From Candidatus Omnitrophota bacterium (GTDB lineage Bacteria > Omnitrophota > Gorgyraeia > Tantalellales > Tantalellaceae), in the NCBI GenBank assembly GCA_014728045.1, contig WJMH01000015.1, forward strand, positions 22,479 to 86,478: DNA of 64,000 bases, in the 5' to 3' direction. The first letter of the stretch is position 1. Each line of letters begins with the position of its first letter. A program made the position numbers and the translations under genes. This document shows positions 8,788 to 18,073 of the stretch, one piece after another. The notes below the pieces were generated by a model that was not told the origin of the DNA, ran no database searches, and was given only the letters and a program-made list of their open reading frames with translations.

Positions 8788-10866
8788 TTAAAGGTCGATG
8801 ACCGTCTCCCCGCCGTAGCCCGAGTCGTGGTCCTCGTACTCAAAACTCTTCGGCCTCTCATGGTCCGTCCCGCCGTTAACGGAGGAAGAGTCAACCTCCC
8901 AGACCTCGTAATCTCCCGGTGAAAGCTCCTCGAGGAACCTGCTGCGCCTTGCAACGACGGTGCCCATCTGGTAATCGTACCTTGTCACCGGGTGTATCAT
9001 GTAAAGGTATTTCCTCGCCCTGGTCGCCGCCACATAAAACAAGCGCCTTTCCTCCTCCATCTCGCTTTCTTCGCCCATGGCCTTGGGATGCGGGAACTGT
9101 CCCTCGCAGAGACCTATTATCATGACAGCGTCCCACTCCAGACCCTTCGCCTGGTGTATGGTCGAAAGCACCAGGTGCTCGTCGTCCTCGCCGGTGGTGG
9201 TGACCGTCTCCCCCCTGAAACTCTCCCTCAGCGTTATGTCGTTGAGGAATTCGTTCGCAGAGGCGTAATCGTGCGAGAAATTGATAAGTTCGTGTATATC
9301 GTCCACCCTGTCCTTTGCGTTCTCGTAATTGGCGAGTATGTGGGTCTGGTATCCCGCATCGAGGATCGAGCTTATGATCTCACCCGGGGTCATCTCCCCT
9401 TCGTGGGCCGTTATATGCCGCATTATCCTGCTGAACCGGGAGTAACCGTTCTGGGCCCTCTTGGGGACCACCCCGGTTATGTCCTTTTTCACGAAATCGG
9501 AAAGCTCCATGCCGGTCTTGCGGAAGTTTTCGTAGATCCTCTCGGCGTAACCGGGGCCTATACCCGGGCACAGGGTGAGAACCCTCATCCAGGCGATCTC
9601 ATCGGTCGGGTTCACCGTGATCTTCATGTAGGCGAGAACGTCCTTTATATGCGCCTGCTCAAAGAACCTTATCCCTCCCCGGACTATGTAGGGTATCCCG
9701 CGCTTGACCAGCTCCATCTGAAGTTCCGCCGACTGGTAATGGGCCCTGAAAAGCACCGCCATGTCCTTCAGTTCCATCTCTTCCTCGCGCAACTCCAGAA
9801 CCCTCTGGGCTATGAAAGCGGCCTGTGAATAAAGGTCCTTTACCTCCACCAGGGCGGGTTTCTCCAGAGAAGGGTTGACCGCCCTGAGGGTCTTCTCGAA
9901 CTGGTTCCGGTTGTTAACGAGCGAGTCGTTGGCAAGGTCCAGTATCTCCGGGCTCGAGCGGTAGTTGGTCTCAAGCTTGTATATGTTGGCGTCCGGGAAC
10001 TTCTTCGGGAAGTTGAGTATATTGTCAACTCTCGCGCCCCTGAACGAATATATGCTCTGGGCGTCGTCGCCCACCACGAGAACGTTCTTGTGGTGGGCTG
10101 CCAGCATATCTATTATCTCCGCCTGCAGGTAGTTGGTGTCCTGGTACTCGTCGACCATGATGTACCGGAACTGTTCGGTGAACCTCTTCCTGGCGGAGGG
10201 GACGTTCTCAAGAAGCCATTTCCACTTGGAGAGAAGGTCGTCATAATCCATGTTGTTGGATTCCTTCTTCTTCTTTTCGTAAAGATCGCTTATAGCCCGT
10301 ATCTCCTTGGAGAATTTCTCGAAATACGGGTATTTCTCCTCCAGGACGTCGTCCAGGCTCATCTTGGTGTTCACCGAAAAACTTATTATCGACTGTATGA
10401 CCGAGGGTTTCGGGAAGCGCTCCTCCTTGGCCCTTGTGCCTATTTTCTTCATGCAGGCCTTGATAAGGTCCTTTGAGTCATGCTGGTCGAGTATCCCGAA
10501 ATCTCGCTTATACCCCAGGTGGGAGGCGTACATGCGAAGCGACCTGTTGCCCACGTGGTGGAACGTACCGCTCCAGAGCCCCTTCGGCCTGTATTTAAGA
10601 AGCATCTCCGTGCGGTCGCGCATCTCACGCGAGGCCTTGTTGGTGAACGTCATAAGCAGTATGTTCTGCGGAGGGACGCCCCTCTCCAACAGGTATGCCA
10701 GGCGGTATATTAGCGTGCGCGTCTTGCCGCTTCCCGCGCCGGCCAGAACGAGTGAAGGCCCCTCCGCCCGGGTAACCACCTCGTATTGCTGCTGGTTGAG
10801 GTTGCCCTTGAAATCTATATGGGTCTCCACCTTGCCGGTGGGTTCGTGAAGTACGTACTTTTTCAT
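8788..10866 (-). CDS. UvrD/PcrA/Rep-family ATP-dependent DNA helicase
   Basis: 692 aa. Walker A AGAGSGKTRTL and the helicase motifs of the UvrD family. Unusual ~90-aa acidic C-terminal tail. Confidence 0.85.
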   Translation of the reverse strand: MKKYVLHEPTGKVETHIDFKGNLNQQQYEVVTRAEGPSLVLAGAGSGKTRTLIYRLAYLLERGVPPQNILLMTFTNKASREMRDRTEMLLKYRPKGLWSGTFHHVGNRSLRMYASHLGYKRDFGILDQHDSKDLIKACMKKIGTRAKEERFPKPSVIQSIISFSVNTKMSLDDVLEEKYPYFEKFSKEIRAISDLYEKKKKESNNMDYDDLLSKWKWLLENVPSARKRFTEQFRYIMVDEYQDTNYLQAEIIDMLAAHHKNVLVVGDDAQSIYSFRGARVDNILNFPKKFPDANIYKLETNYRSSPEILDLANDSLVNNRNQFEKTLRAVNPSLEKPALVEVKDLYSQAAFIAQRVLELREEEMELKDMAVLFRAHYQSAELQMELVKRGIPYIVRGGIRFFEQAHIKDVLAYMKITVNPTDEIAWMRVLTLCPGIGPGYAERIYENFRKTGMELSDFVKKDITGVVPKRAQNGYSRFSRIMRHITAHEGEMTPGEIISSILDAGYQTHILANYENAKDRVDDIHELINFSHDYASANEFLNDITLRESFRGETVTTTGEDDEHLVLSTIHQAKGLEWDAVMIIGLCEGQFPHPKAMGEESEMEEERRLFYVAATRARKYLYMIHPVTRYDYQMGTVVARRSRFLEELSPGDYEVWEVDSSSVNGGTDHERPKSFEYEDHDSGYGGETVIDL

Positions 10867-10934
10867 GATTGGGGTATTATAACGTAAGCGTAAGCTAAAT
10901 GCAAATCGCCCCGGAAAGGCTTCAGCCGGGCTGC

Positions 10935-11387
10935 TCAGGGCTGATGGAACTGTTCGACCACGCTGGGACGGGTGAAAAAATATATCACCGAAAGCTCGAA
11001 AATCGTTATGGCCGCTGTCATGAAAACGGCATATGTGTAGACCGAACCGGCCATCTCCGGCGGGACCTTGGCCTGTTCGGTCATTATGTACTCCTTGAAA
11101 TTGGAAAGAACTGTCTTGTTCAAGAGGAAACCCGTTATCACGCTTATGGACGTCATCCCCACGATGAGCTTCCGGGCCCAGTTCTCAAGATGCAGTATGC
11201 GGTTGCCGCAGTAGGCGGCCGATATACCGTAAAGTATCGTGAAAACGTACATCGCGACCGTGACCGCCTGCGGGATCGTCTTGAAAAGCACGGAGAACTG
11301 TTTATACGCGCCCACCCCCAGAAGGTTGTATATCCCGAACGCTATCAGCAGAACGCCGTATATCCTGACCCCCTTGCTCCTCTCCAT
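10935..11387 (-). CDS. integral membrane protein, function unknown
   Basis: 150 aa with about 4 predicted TM helices. Start abuts the glgP stop. Confidence 0.45.
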   Translation of the reverse strand: MERSKGVRIYGVLLIAFGIYNLLGVGAYKQFSVLFKTIPQAVTVAMYVFTILYGISAAYCGNRILHLENWARKLIVGMTSISVITGFLLNKTVLSNFKEYIMTEQAKVPPEMAGSVYTYAVFMTAAITIFELSVIYFFTRPSVVEQFHQP

Positions 11388-13844
11388 CTATATCTCCACC
11401 TTCCAGATCTCGCGCGCGTATTCGGCGACGGTCCTGTCGCTCGAGAACCTTCCGCTGCAGGCGGTGTTCATTATAGACATTGAGCTCCACCTTTCGGTGT
11501 CCCGGTAGGCCCTGGACGCTTCCTGCTGCTTGAGGCAGTAATCCTCGAAATCCGCCAGAACCATGTATTCGTCATGCCAGATCAGAGAGTCATAGATGGG
11601 CTTGAATATGCCCGGCTCGAACTGTGAAAAATAGTCCTCCTTTACCAGGCGCAGCGCTTCCTCAAGAAGGGGGCTGTTCTTAAGGTATGACCTCGGTTTG
11701 TATTTGTCCTTCTTGAGAGCGGAGACCTCCTCGGCACTGAGGCCGAAGATGAAGATATTGTCCCGCCCCACCTGCTCGGCTATCTCTATGTTCGCCCCGT
11801 CCCAGGTGCCTATGGTGACAGCGCCGTTGAGCATGAACTTCATGTTCCCGGTGCCGGAGGCTTCCTTGCCGGCTGTGGAGATCTGTTCGGAAAGCTCGCT
11901 CGCCGGGAAGACCCTTTCGGCGACGGTGACCCCGTAGTTCTCAAGGAAGACGACCTTCAGCAGGTCCTTCACATCGGCGTCCCTGTTTATGACCGAAGCG
12001 ATATTGTTTATGAACTTGATCGTGAGCTTCGCCATCGCGTAGGAAGGCGCGGCCTTACCGGCGATGACCGCGGTTCTGGGAACCCTTTCCGCACCGGGGC
12101 TGTTCTTTATGTCTATATACTGACCGATAAGGTAAAGCGCGAAAAGAAGCTGTCTTTTGTATTCGTGGATCCTTTTGACCTGCACATCGAAAAGCGAACC
12201 CGGGTCTATGGTGATGCCGGTCGAACCTTTTACGTATTCGGCGAAGATCTCCTTGTTCCGCCTTTTGACCTCGCGCCACTTCTGGCGGAAAGCGCCGTCT
12301 CCGGCAAGGTCCTTAAGCTGCGTCAGCTTGCTGAGGTCGGTAACCCACCCTCCCCCGATGGAGCTGGTCACCAGGTCCGACTGGGCGGTATTCGCCTTCA
12401 GCAGCCACCTGCGCTGGGTGATGCCGTTCGTCTTGGAATTGAACTTCTCCGGGGAGTACTCGTAGAAATCGCGGAAAAGCGTCTTCTCCAGAAGCTCCGT
12501 GTGCAATCTTGATACCCCGTTTACCGAGTGGCTTCCCACTATCGCCAGGTGGCTCATCCTGATCTTCTTATCCGGCGCCTCTTCTATGATGGACATCCTC
12601 CTCAGCCTCTGGGTATCGTGGGGGAATCGCTTTGAGACATCGGCCAGGAACCTCATGTTTATCTCGTAGATCAGCTCCATGTGCCGCGGCAGGAGCTTCT
12701 GGAAAAGGGATACCGGCCAGTTCTCCAGAGCCTCGGGCATCATGGTATGGTTCGTGAAACCGAAGGTCGCGACCGTTATCTTCCACGCCAAGTCCCAGTC
12801 AAGTTCCTCCTCGTCTATGAGTATCCTCATCAGCTCAACTATCGCCACCGTGGGGTGCGTGTCATTTAGCTGTATGGCGACCTTATCCGGGAATTGCCGG
12901 AAGTCCGAATTATGCATCTTGAACCTGCGGATAATGTCCTGCATGGAGGCCGAGGTGAAGAAATACTCCTGCTTGAGGCGCAGCTCCTGGCCCTTGTAGA
13001 CGCTGTCGCTCGGGTAAAGGACGCGCGATATGTTCTCGGAGATTATCTTGTCCTCGCAGGCGCGGATATAGTCGCCCGTATTGAAATACTCGAAATCGAA
13101 TTCGTCCGTGCTCTTTGCAGACCACAGCCTGAGGTTATTCACCACGCTGTTACCGTAACCCGGTATCGGCGTGTCGTAGGCGATAGCCAGCACGTCCCGC
13201 GTGTTCACCCAGTCGACGCAGAATCTCCCTTTCCTGTCCACGCGCTTAACGGTCTTGCCGTAAAAATGAACCTTGAGGGTGAATTCGGGACGCTCGAACT
13301 CCCAGGGGTTTCCCAGCTTCAGCCACTCATCGGGGTACTCCACCTGGTAGCCGTTTATTATCCTCTGGTTGAAGATGCCGTAATCGTAGCGTATGCCGTA
13401 ACCGGTGGCGGGTATGGCGAGGGTCGCCATCGAGTCCAGAAAACACGCGGCGAGGCGCCCCAGGCCGCCGTTACCCAGACCGGGGTCTATCTCCTGCTCG
13501 TAGATATCCTCCAGGCTGTAGCCCAGCTCCTCAAGGGCCTTCCTGCACTCATCCTGTATCCCCAGGTTGAGTATATTACTTCCCAGAAGACGCCCGGTAA
13601 GGAACTCAAGGGAAAGGTAATAAACCCTTTTACAGTTCTCATCGTGGTACCTCTGCTGGGTCAGTATCCATTTCTCTATCAGCCTGTCGCGGATGGCTAT
13701 GGCCATGGACATGAAATTATCGTAATCGGTGGCGGTATAGAGGTCCTTCGCCAGAGAATATCTCCGGTTGTGCACGAAACTTTCCTTAAGGCTGTTAACC
13801 ACCGAAGACGGCCCCTGCGTCTTTTTTGTCTTTTTATCCTCCAT
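11388..13844 (-). CDS. glgP: glycogen / alpha-glucan phosphorylase
   Basis: 818 aa. GT35 phosphorylase with the PLP-lysine region EASGTGNMKFMLNGA. Confidence 0.9.
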   Translation of the reverse strand: MEDKKTKKTQGPSSVVNSLKESFVHNRRYSLAKDLYTATDYDNFMSMAIAIRDRLIEKWILTQQRYHDENCKRVYYLSLEFLTGRLLGSNILNLGIQDECRKALEELGYSLEDIYEQEIDPGLGNGGLGRLAACFLDSMATLAIPATGYGIRYDYGIFNQRIINGYQVEYPDEWLKLGNPWEFERPEFTLKVHFYGKTVKRVDRKGRFCVDWVNTRDVLAIAYDTPIPGYGNSVVNNLRLWSAKSTDEFDFEYFNTGDYIRACEDKIISENISRVLYPSDSVYKGQELRLKQEYFFTSASMQDIIRRFKMHNSDFRQFPDKVAIQLNDTHPTVAIVELMRILIDEEELDWDLAWKITVATFGFTNHTMMPEALENWPVSLFQKLLPRHMELIYEINMRFLADVSKRFPHDTQRLRRMSIIEEAPDKKIRMSHLAIVGSHSVNGVSRLHTELLEKTLFRDFYEYSPEKFNSKTNGITQRRWLLKANTAQSDLVTSSIGGGWVTDLSKLTQLKDLAGDGAFRQKWREVKRRNKEIFAEYVKGSTGITIDPGSLFDVQVKRIHEYKRQLLFALYLIGQYIDIKNSPGAERVPRTAVIAGKAAPSYAMAKLTIKFINNIASVINRDADVKDLLKVVFLENYGVTVAERVFPASELSEQISTAGKEASGTGNMKFMLNGAVTIGTWDGANIEIAEQVGRDNIFIFGLSAEEVSALKKDKYKPRSYLKNSPLLEEALRLVKEDYFSQFEPGIFKPIYDSLIWHDEYMVLADFEDYCLKQQEASRAYRDTERWSSMSIMNTACSGRFSSDRTVAEYAREIWKVEI

Positions 13845-13935
13845 ATGGTCCCTTCATATGATCTGTCCGGTAACCCGACCCTCCCGCCGGATAAAACTCC
13901 GGCGGGAGGGAATATGTCACCGGTAATTCACTCTT

Positions 13936-14859
13936 TTACACGCCCAGAAGGCCCAGAACGTCCTTGATCTTGGCGGTCGCCACGCAGACAACGGTGTCGG
14001 CCCCGCCGTAATACAGAAAGAGTTCATCCCCTATTGTGACCGCGCCGCAGGAAAAAGTAACGTTGGGAACCACCCCTTCCTTCTCGTACTTGGCCTCCGG
14101 TTCGAGGAAAGGCTTCTCGTAACGGCCTATCACCTTACCCGGGTCCTTAAGGTCAAGAAGCGCAAGTCCCAAGCGGTACTGCATCTTCCTGTCCACCCCG
14201 TGGTAGATGATTATCCAGCCTTTATCGGTCTTTATCGGGGGAGCGCCTCCTCCTATCTTGAAATATTCCCACTCGAACTGAGGGCTCATCAGGATCTTCT
14301 GGTTCTCCCAATTCTCCATGTCACTGGAATAGGCGATCCACATGTGCGGGGGTATCCTGTGAACGAAAACGTACTTGCCGTTCACCTTCTCCGGGAAAAG
14401 GAACGAGTTCTTGTTGTCCACCATGTAAAAGGGATACTGCCTTTCGCTCCAGTTCCATTTCTTGTTGAGGAAGTCATCCACCGAAATGGAGCTGATGCCG
14501 ATCTGGACCCTTTTAAGGGGAAAGACCATTCCCATGTTCATCCCGTAAGCGGAATAGTTCAGGTAGATCCTGTCATCTATCCTGGTAAGGCGCGGGTCCT
14601 CTATTCCCAGGCATTCCAGGTCACTCGCCGGGTCCGGCCCGAACACCGGGTAGTCCAGCCGCTCGTCGATATTGTAGCCGTCCTTGCTGGAAGCGTATCC
14701 TATCCTGGATACGCCCATCTTCGAACCCTGCGCCCGGTAAAGTATGTGGACCTTACCGCCTTCGCGGATCGCCGCGCAGTTGTAGACCATGATAGATTCC
14801 CAGGGGCTGTCCTCGCGCGGTGCCAGAATGGGATTATTACCGTACCTTTTCAAAACCAT
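13936..14859 (-). CDS. GH130-family glycoside phosphorylase (beta-mannoside phosphorylase-like)
   Basis: About 307 aa. GH130/DUF377 signatures (NPIL, GIEDPRLT). I prefer the start at ATG 14859 (MVLKRYG...), which is preceded by AAAGGAG with 5-nt spacing, over the ORF-track start at 14874. Confidence 0.75.
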   Translation of the reverse strand: MVLKRYGNNPILAPREDSPWESIMVYNCAAIREGGKVHILYRAQGSKMGVSRIGYASSKDGYNIDERLDYPVFGPDPASDLECLGIEDPRLTRIDDRIYLNYSAYGMNMGMVFPLKRVQIGISSISVDDFLNKKWNWSERQYPFYMVDNKNSFLFPEKVNGKYVFVHRIPPHMWIAYSSDMENWENQKILMSPQFEWEYFKIGGGAPPIKTDKGWIIIYHGVDRKMQYRLGLALLDLKDPGKVIGRYEKPFLEPEAKYEKEGVVPNVTFSCGAVTIGDELFLYYGGADTVVCVATAKIKDVLGLLGV

Positions 14860-14877
14860 CTCTACTCCTTTCATTGA

Positions 14878-15957
14878 CTAACTTACACGACCCAAAAGGA
14901 TCTCAAAAAGTTCCAGGAACTTCTCCGCCGTGGGTTCGGCGGACTTATCAGCCAAATATTCCTCGATGGCTTTCTGCTGGGCCTGGTACCTCGGCCCTTT
15001 TTCAAAGACCTCAACAAGGCATTCTTCCAGCTCGTAGAAATCACGGTACTTGAAGACCTCCCTGTTGAAGGGATAGACGAAATTGGATTCAAGCGCGATT
15101 ATCGGGCAGCCTGAGCCCATGCACTGGAAAACGGTGCTCCCCACCACTGCTATCGGCATCGAGGGCTTGTTGTATATCATGCAGTCGGCCGCGTAGAGAT
15201 ATTTGTACAAAAGATCCTGATCGGGCGACCTCTCCACGATCTTGAGGTCGAAGGCGACCTTGGGTTTGATGCGCTTGAAACCGGCCAGGGCTTTCTCCGC
15301 TTCGGTGACGAGGACCAGCATGACATCGTACTTCTTTGTCAGCCTGTCCAGGACCACCGACGTATTAAGAGCGTAATCGGAGGCCTGCCCGAAAAGAAGG
15401 ACTATCTTCTTGTCCGGCGGAAGGCCCAGCTCCTTGCGCGCCTTTTTCTGGTCGCCCCTTACCAGGGGGCATGAAGGATACGGTATTATGGACACCTTGC
15501 CTTCCGGATATGCGTCCTCCAGAAAACGGTAATACCTGTCGTCAAAACAGACCACATGGTCCCAGTCGAACTTGAAATATTCCGGTTTTGTCGAAAGCTT
15601 GCCGTCATGGACTATGTTGACGGTCTTGGCCTTTTTCTTTATCTGGGGGAATATCTGAAGGAGATTCGCCATGGGCAGCATGCCCAAGTCCTCGACCACG
15701 AAAACATCAAAATCCGCATCCAGTACGGGAGCCGTGTTCATCTCGGGGTTGGGCACACCGTAAACGGTAAAGCACCTTGTTACGTAATTCTCCTCTTCGG
15801 AGGCTTTCTTCGTAAGGGCCGTACCATGAAAACTGTGCCTGTAAAAGGAGAACACTTTGAGGTCTATCCCTTTTTCCACCCAGGCCCTGCCGATAAGCTC
15901 GGCGTGTATCGACGCACCCGAATCAGTGTTCCACGCACCCATCAAGGCGATCTTCAT
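14878..15957 (-). CDS. putative GT-B fold glycosyltransferase
   Basis: 359 aa from ATG 15957 (MKIALMGAWNTDSG...), preceded by AAAGGAGGGG. Two-Rossmann-like organisation. The upstream part of the six-frame ORF (to 16053) lacks an SD and looks spurious. Confidence 0.5.
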   Translation of the reverse strand: MKIALMGAWNTDSGASIHAELIGRAWVEKGIDLKVFSFYRHSFHGTALTKKASEEENYVTRCFTVYGVPNPEMNTAPVLDADFDVFVVEDLGMLPMANLLQIFPQIKKKAKTVNIVHDGKLSTKPEYFKFDWDHVVCFDDRYYRFLEDAYPEGKVSIIPYPSCPLVRGDQKKARKELGLPPDKKIVLLFGQASDYALNTSVVLDRLTKKYDVMLVLVTEAEKALAGFKRIKPKVAFDLKIVERSPDQDLLYKYLYAADCMIYNKPSMPIAVVGSTVFQCMGSGCPIIALESNFVYPFNREVFKYRDFYELEECLVEVFEKGPRYQAQQKAIEEYLADKSAEPTAEKFLELFEILLGRVS

Positions 15958-16141
15958 CCACCCCTCCTTTTTGACACCGCATGATACGGGATACCACGTG
16001 CAAAAAAATCTTGCTATCAGGTATATTATATGTATTATATAGTATGTTCGCAAGTGCTAGTAACGAACTATTTATGCCTCGTCCCCTCCACGGGGCTCTT
16101 ACCTCTTTCGGGAAAACTCCCGGGAGCGGCGGCAGCAGGCC

Positions 16142-17419
16142 ATGAAGAACAGAGTAAACCGAATATGCATGCTTACCCTTCACGGGTATGTTTCCAGGAA
16201 CCCCACCCTGGGCAAGACCGATACCGGCGGACAGGTAACCTATGTACTTGAACTTTCGAAGGCCCTTGCCAAACTGGGCGTCAAGGTCGATATATACACC
16301 CGCCGTTTCGGCAAATATCCAAAAACAGAAAAGGTCTCAAGGGGTGTGAGGATAATACGCATCCCCTGCGGCGGCAACAAGTTCATCCGCAAGGAGAACC
16401 TCTTCCCCTATCTCAACACATTCACCAGGAACATGGAGAAGTTCATCTCAAGAGAAGACCTTGAGTACGATTTGTACCATTCGCATTACTGGGACGCCGG
16501 CTATATAGCCATGAGGCTGACAGAAAAAATGGGCGGCCTTTTCGTACACACCTTTCATTCCCTGGGCGCCTGGAAAAGGGAACACATGGGAGGCGACCCC
16601 CTCGAGATGGAGAAAAAATACAAGTTCAAGCAGCGCATCGAGCACGAGAAGCAGATCTTCCGTAAGAGCCGCGCGCTGGTCATGACAAGCGCGGACATGA
16701 TACACAGTTCGAGGAAATATTACGGTTACAGCGGCAAAAAGCACATCGTTATCCCCGCAGGAGTCAACCTCAAGATGTTCCGCCCCCTCAAAAAGGGCGA
16801 GAAAGAACTTAAAATAGACGTGCCGCAGAACTACATATTCTGGGTGGGCAGGTTCGACACCAACAAGGGTCTCGATTACCTGCTCAGGGGGTTCTCCGAG
16901 GTAGTCACCAAGGCCAAGGACCTTTTCCTGGTGATAGGGGGCGGCTCGACCCATCCCAAGCCCATAGAGAAAGCTCTGAGGAAAGAGATAAACAGGATCA
17001 TAAGAAAATACGAATTGAGTAACAGGGTCTTCTTTACCCGGCACATAAGGGATAAATACATGCCCACTTACTACCGCAGGGCCAAGTTCTTCGTGCTCCC
17101 GTCGAAATTCGAGCCTTTCGGCATGACCGCGGCGGAAGCGATGGCCTGCGGGACGCCTCTTGTGGTAAGCCGCCGCGCCGGGATACGGCGCTACCTTAAG
17201 AACGGCGAGAACTGCCTGGTGGTGAACGCCGCGAACAAGAAGGATCTGGGATGGGCCTTCAGGGTGCTGGACAGGAACTCTTCCTTCCGCAAGAAGATCG
17301 CCCGGGGCGGCCTTAAGATCGCCCGTTCCAAGTTCAGCTGGTCCAATATCTCCGAAAAGAGCCTCAGGTTCTACAATAAGCTCATCAGGGAGAACGAAAA
17401 GAAACTTCAAAAGCCATGA
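16142..17419 (+). CDS. GT4 glycosyltransferase, sucrose-phosphate-synthase-like
   Basis: 425 aa. N-terminal LTLHGYVSRNPTLGKTDTGGQVTYVLELSKALA, characteristic of SPS-like GT4 enzymes. Confidence 0.7.
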   Translation: MKNRVNRICMLTLHGYVSRNPTLGKTDTGGQVTYVLELSKALAKLGVKVDIYTRRFGKYPKTEKVSRGVRIIRIPCGGNKFIRKENLFPYLNTFTRNMEKFISREDLEYDLYHSHYWDAGYIAMRLTEKMGGLFVHTFHSLGAWKREHMGGDPLEMEKKYKFKQRIEHEKQIFRKSRALVMTSADMIHSSRKYYGYSGKKHIVIPAGVNLKMFRPLKKGEKELKIDVPQNYIFWVGRFDTNKGLDYLLRGFSEVVTKAKDLFLVIGGGSTHPKPIEKALRKEINRIIRKYELSNRVFFTRHIRDKYMPTYYRRAKFFVLPSKFEPFGMTAAEAMACGTPLVVSRRAGIRRYLKNGENCLVVNAANKKDLGWAFRVLDRNSSFRKKIARGGLKIARSKFSWSNISEKSLRFYNKLIRENEKKLQKP

Positions 17420-17718
17420 AAACGCGAACTGTTATCCTTATACTGGCGCTTGCGGCCATACTTGCCGGGGCGTGTAACACGCACTCTGAATATATCCGGG
17501 CCGAAGGCATTGTCACCCGGATCGAGCTTGAAGGCGGCTTCTGGGGCATAAAGACCGATGACGGAAGAAAGTTCGACCCGCTCAACCTTCCCGATGAATT
17601 CAAGAAGGACGGCCTCAGGGTGAATGTAAGGCTCAAACCACGCGACGAGATGGCGGGATTCCACATGTGGGGCCAAGTGGTCGAGGTCCTCAGAATAGAA
17701 AAAGCCCGGGAAAGATGA
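17416..17718 (+). CDS. small secreted protein / lipoprotein, function unknown
   Basis: 100 aa. Signal peptide ending ILAGAC. ATGA overlap with the preceding GT4 gene. Confidence 0.45.
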   Translation: MKTRTVILILALAAILAGACNTHSEYIRAEGIVTRIELEGGFWGIKTDDGRKFDPLNLPDEFKKDGLRVNVRLKPRDEMAGFHMWGQVVEVLRIEKARER

Positions 17719-17731
17719 TTTCCCCGGGCTC
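17696..17731 (-). terminator. putative rho-independent terminator for the histone-like gene
   Basis: Hairpin AGCCCGGG..CCCCGGGCT; on the minus strand it is followed by TTTTTCTATTC. It overlaps the 3' end of the plus-strand lipoprotein CDS. Confidence 0.4.
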
Positions 17732-17752
17732 CTGTCCGTAATAATCTTTACC

Positions 17753-18019
17753 TTACTTCTTTTTAGGGGTCTTTTTAGCGGGCTTCTTCGCGGCGGTCTT
17801 CTTTTTCGGCCTTTTCTTCGGTTTGGCGGATTCCTTCTTGCCGGCTTTCTTTTTAGCCGCTTTTTTCAGGTTCTCCCTTATTTCGACGGTGGTCATGCTG
17901 TGGAGTTCGTCTTCAGTGTATCCGGCCGCGAGCAGCCTTTTTTTCTGAGCCAGCACCCTCTGCTTTTTCCTGGCACCGCTTTTCTTGGGTCTCTGGCGGT
18001 AATTCTTACGTGGTTTCAT
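17753..18019 (-). CDS. lysine-rich histone H1-like DNA-binding protein
   Basis: 88 aa. The C-terminal half is almost pure AKKKAGKK / PKKK repeats (bacterial Hc1/H1-like composition). A TATAAT box lies about 35 nt upstream and there is an AAGGAGAAAG RBS. Confidence 0.55.
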   Translation of the reverse strand: MKPRKNYRQRPKKSGARKKQRVLAQKKRLLAAGYTEDELHSMTTVEIRENLKKAAKKKAGKKESAKPKKRPKKKTAAKKPAKKTPKKK

Positions 18020-18055
18020 GGTCTTTCTCCTTCATTTACGAACACTTCTCTCTGA

Positions 18056-18065
18056 GCTGAGTATT
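18056..18065 (-). promoter_or_regulatory. candidate -10 box (TATAAT) for the histone-like gene
   Basis: The reverse complement reads GTATAATACT, about 37 nt upstream of ATG 18019. Confidence 0.35.
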
Positions 18066-18073
18066 ATACACGA

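Noticed and set aside
14860-16053. Longer N-terminal extensions of the GH130 gene (to 14874) and of the downstream glycosyltransferase (to 16053)
   Set aside because: Internal ATGs at 14859 and 15957 are each preceded by strong AAGGAG-type SD sequences. The extensions lack an SD and add hydrophobic or aromatic junk (MRTYYIIHIIYLIARFF..), so the shorter starts were adopted.
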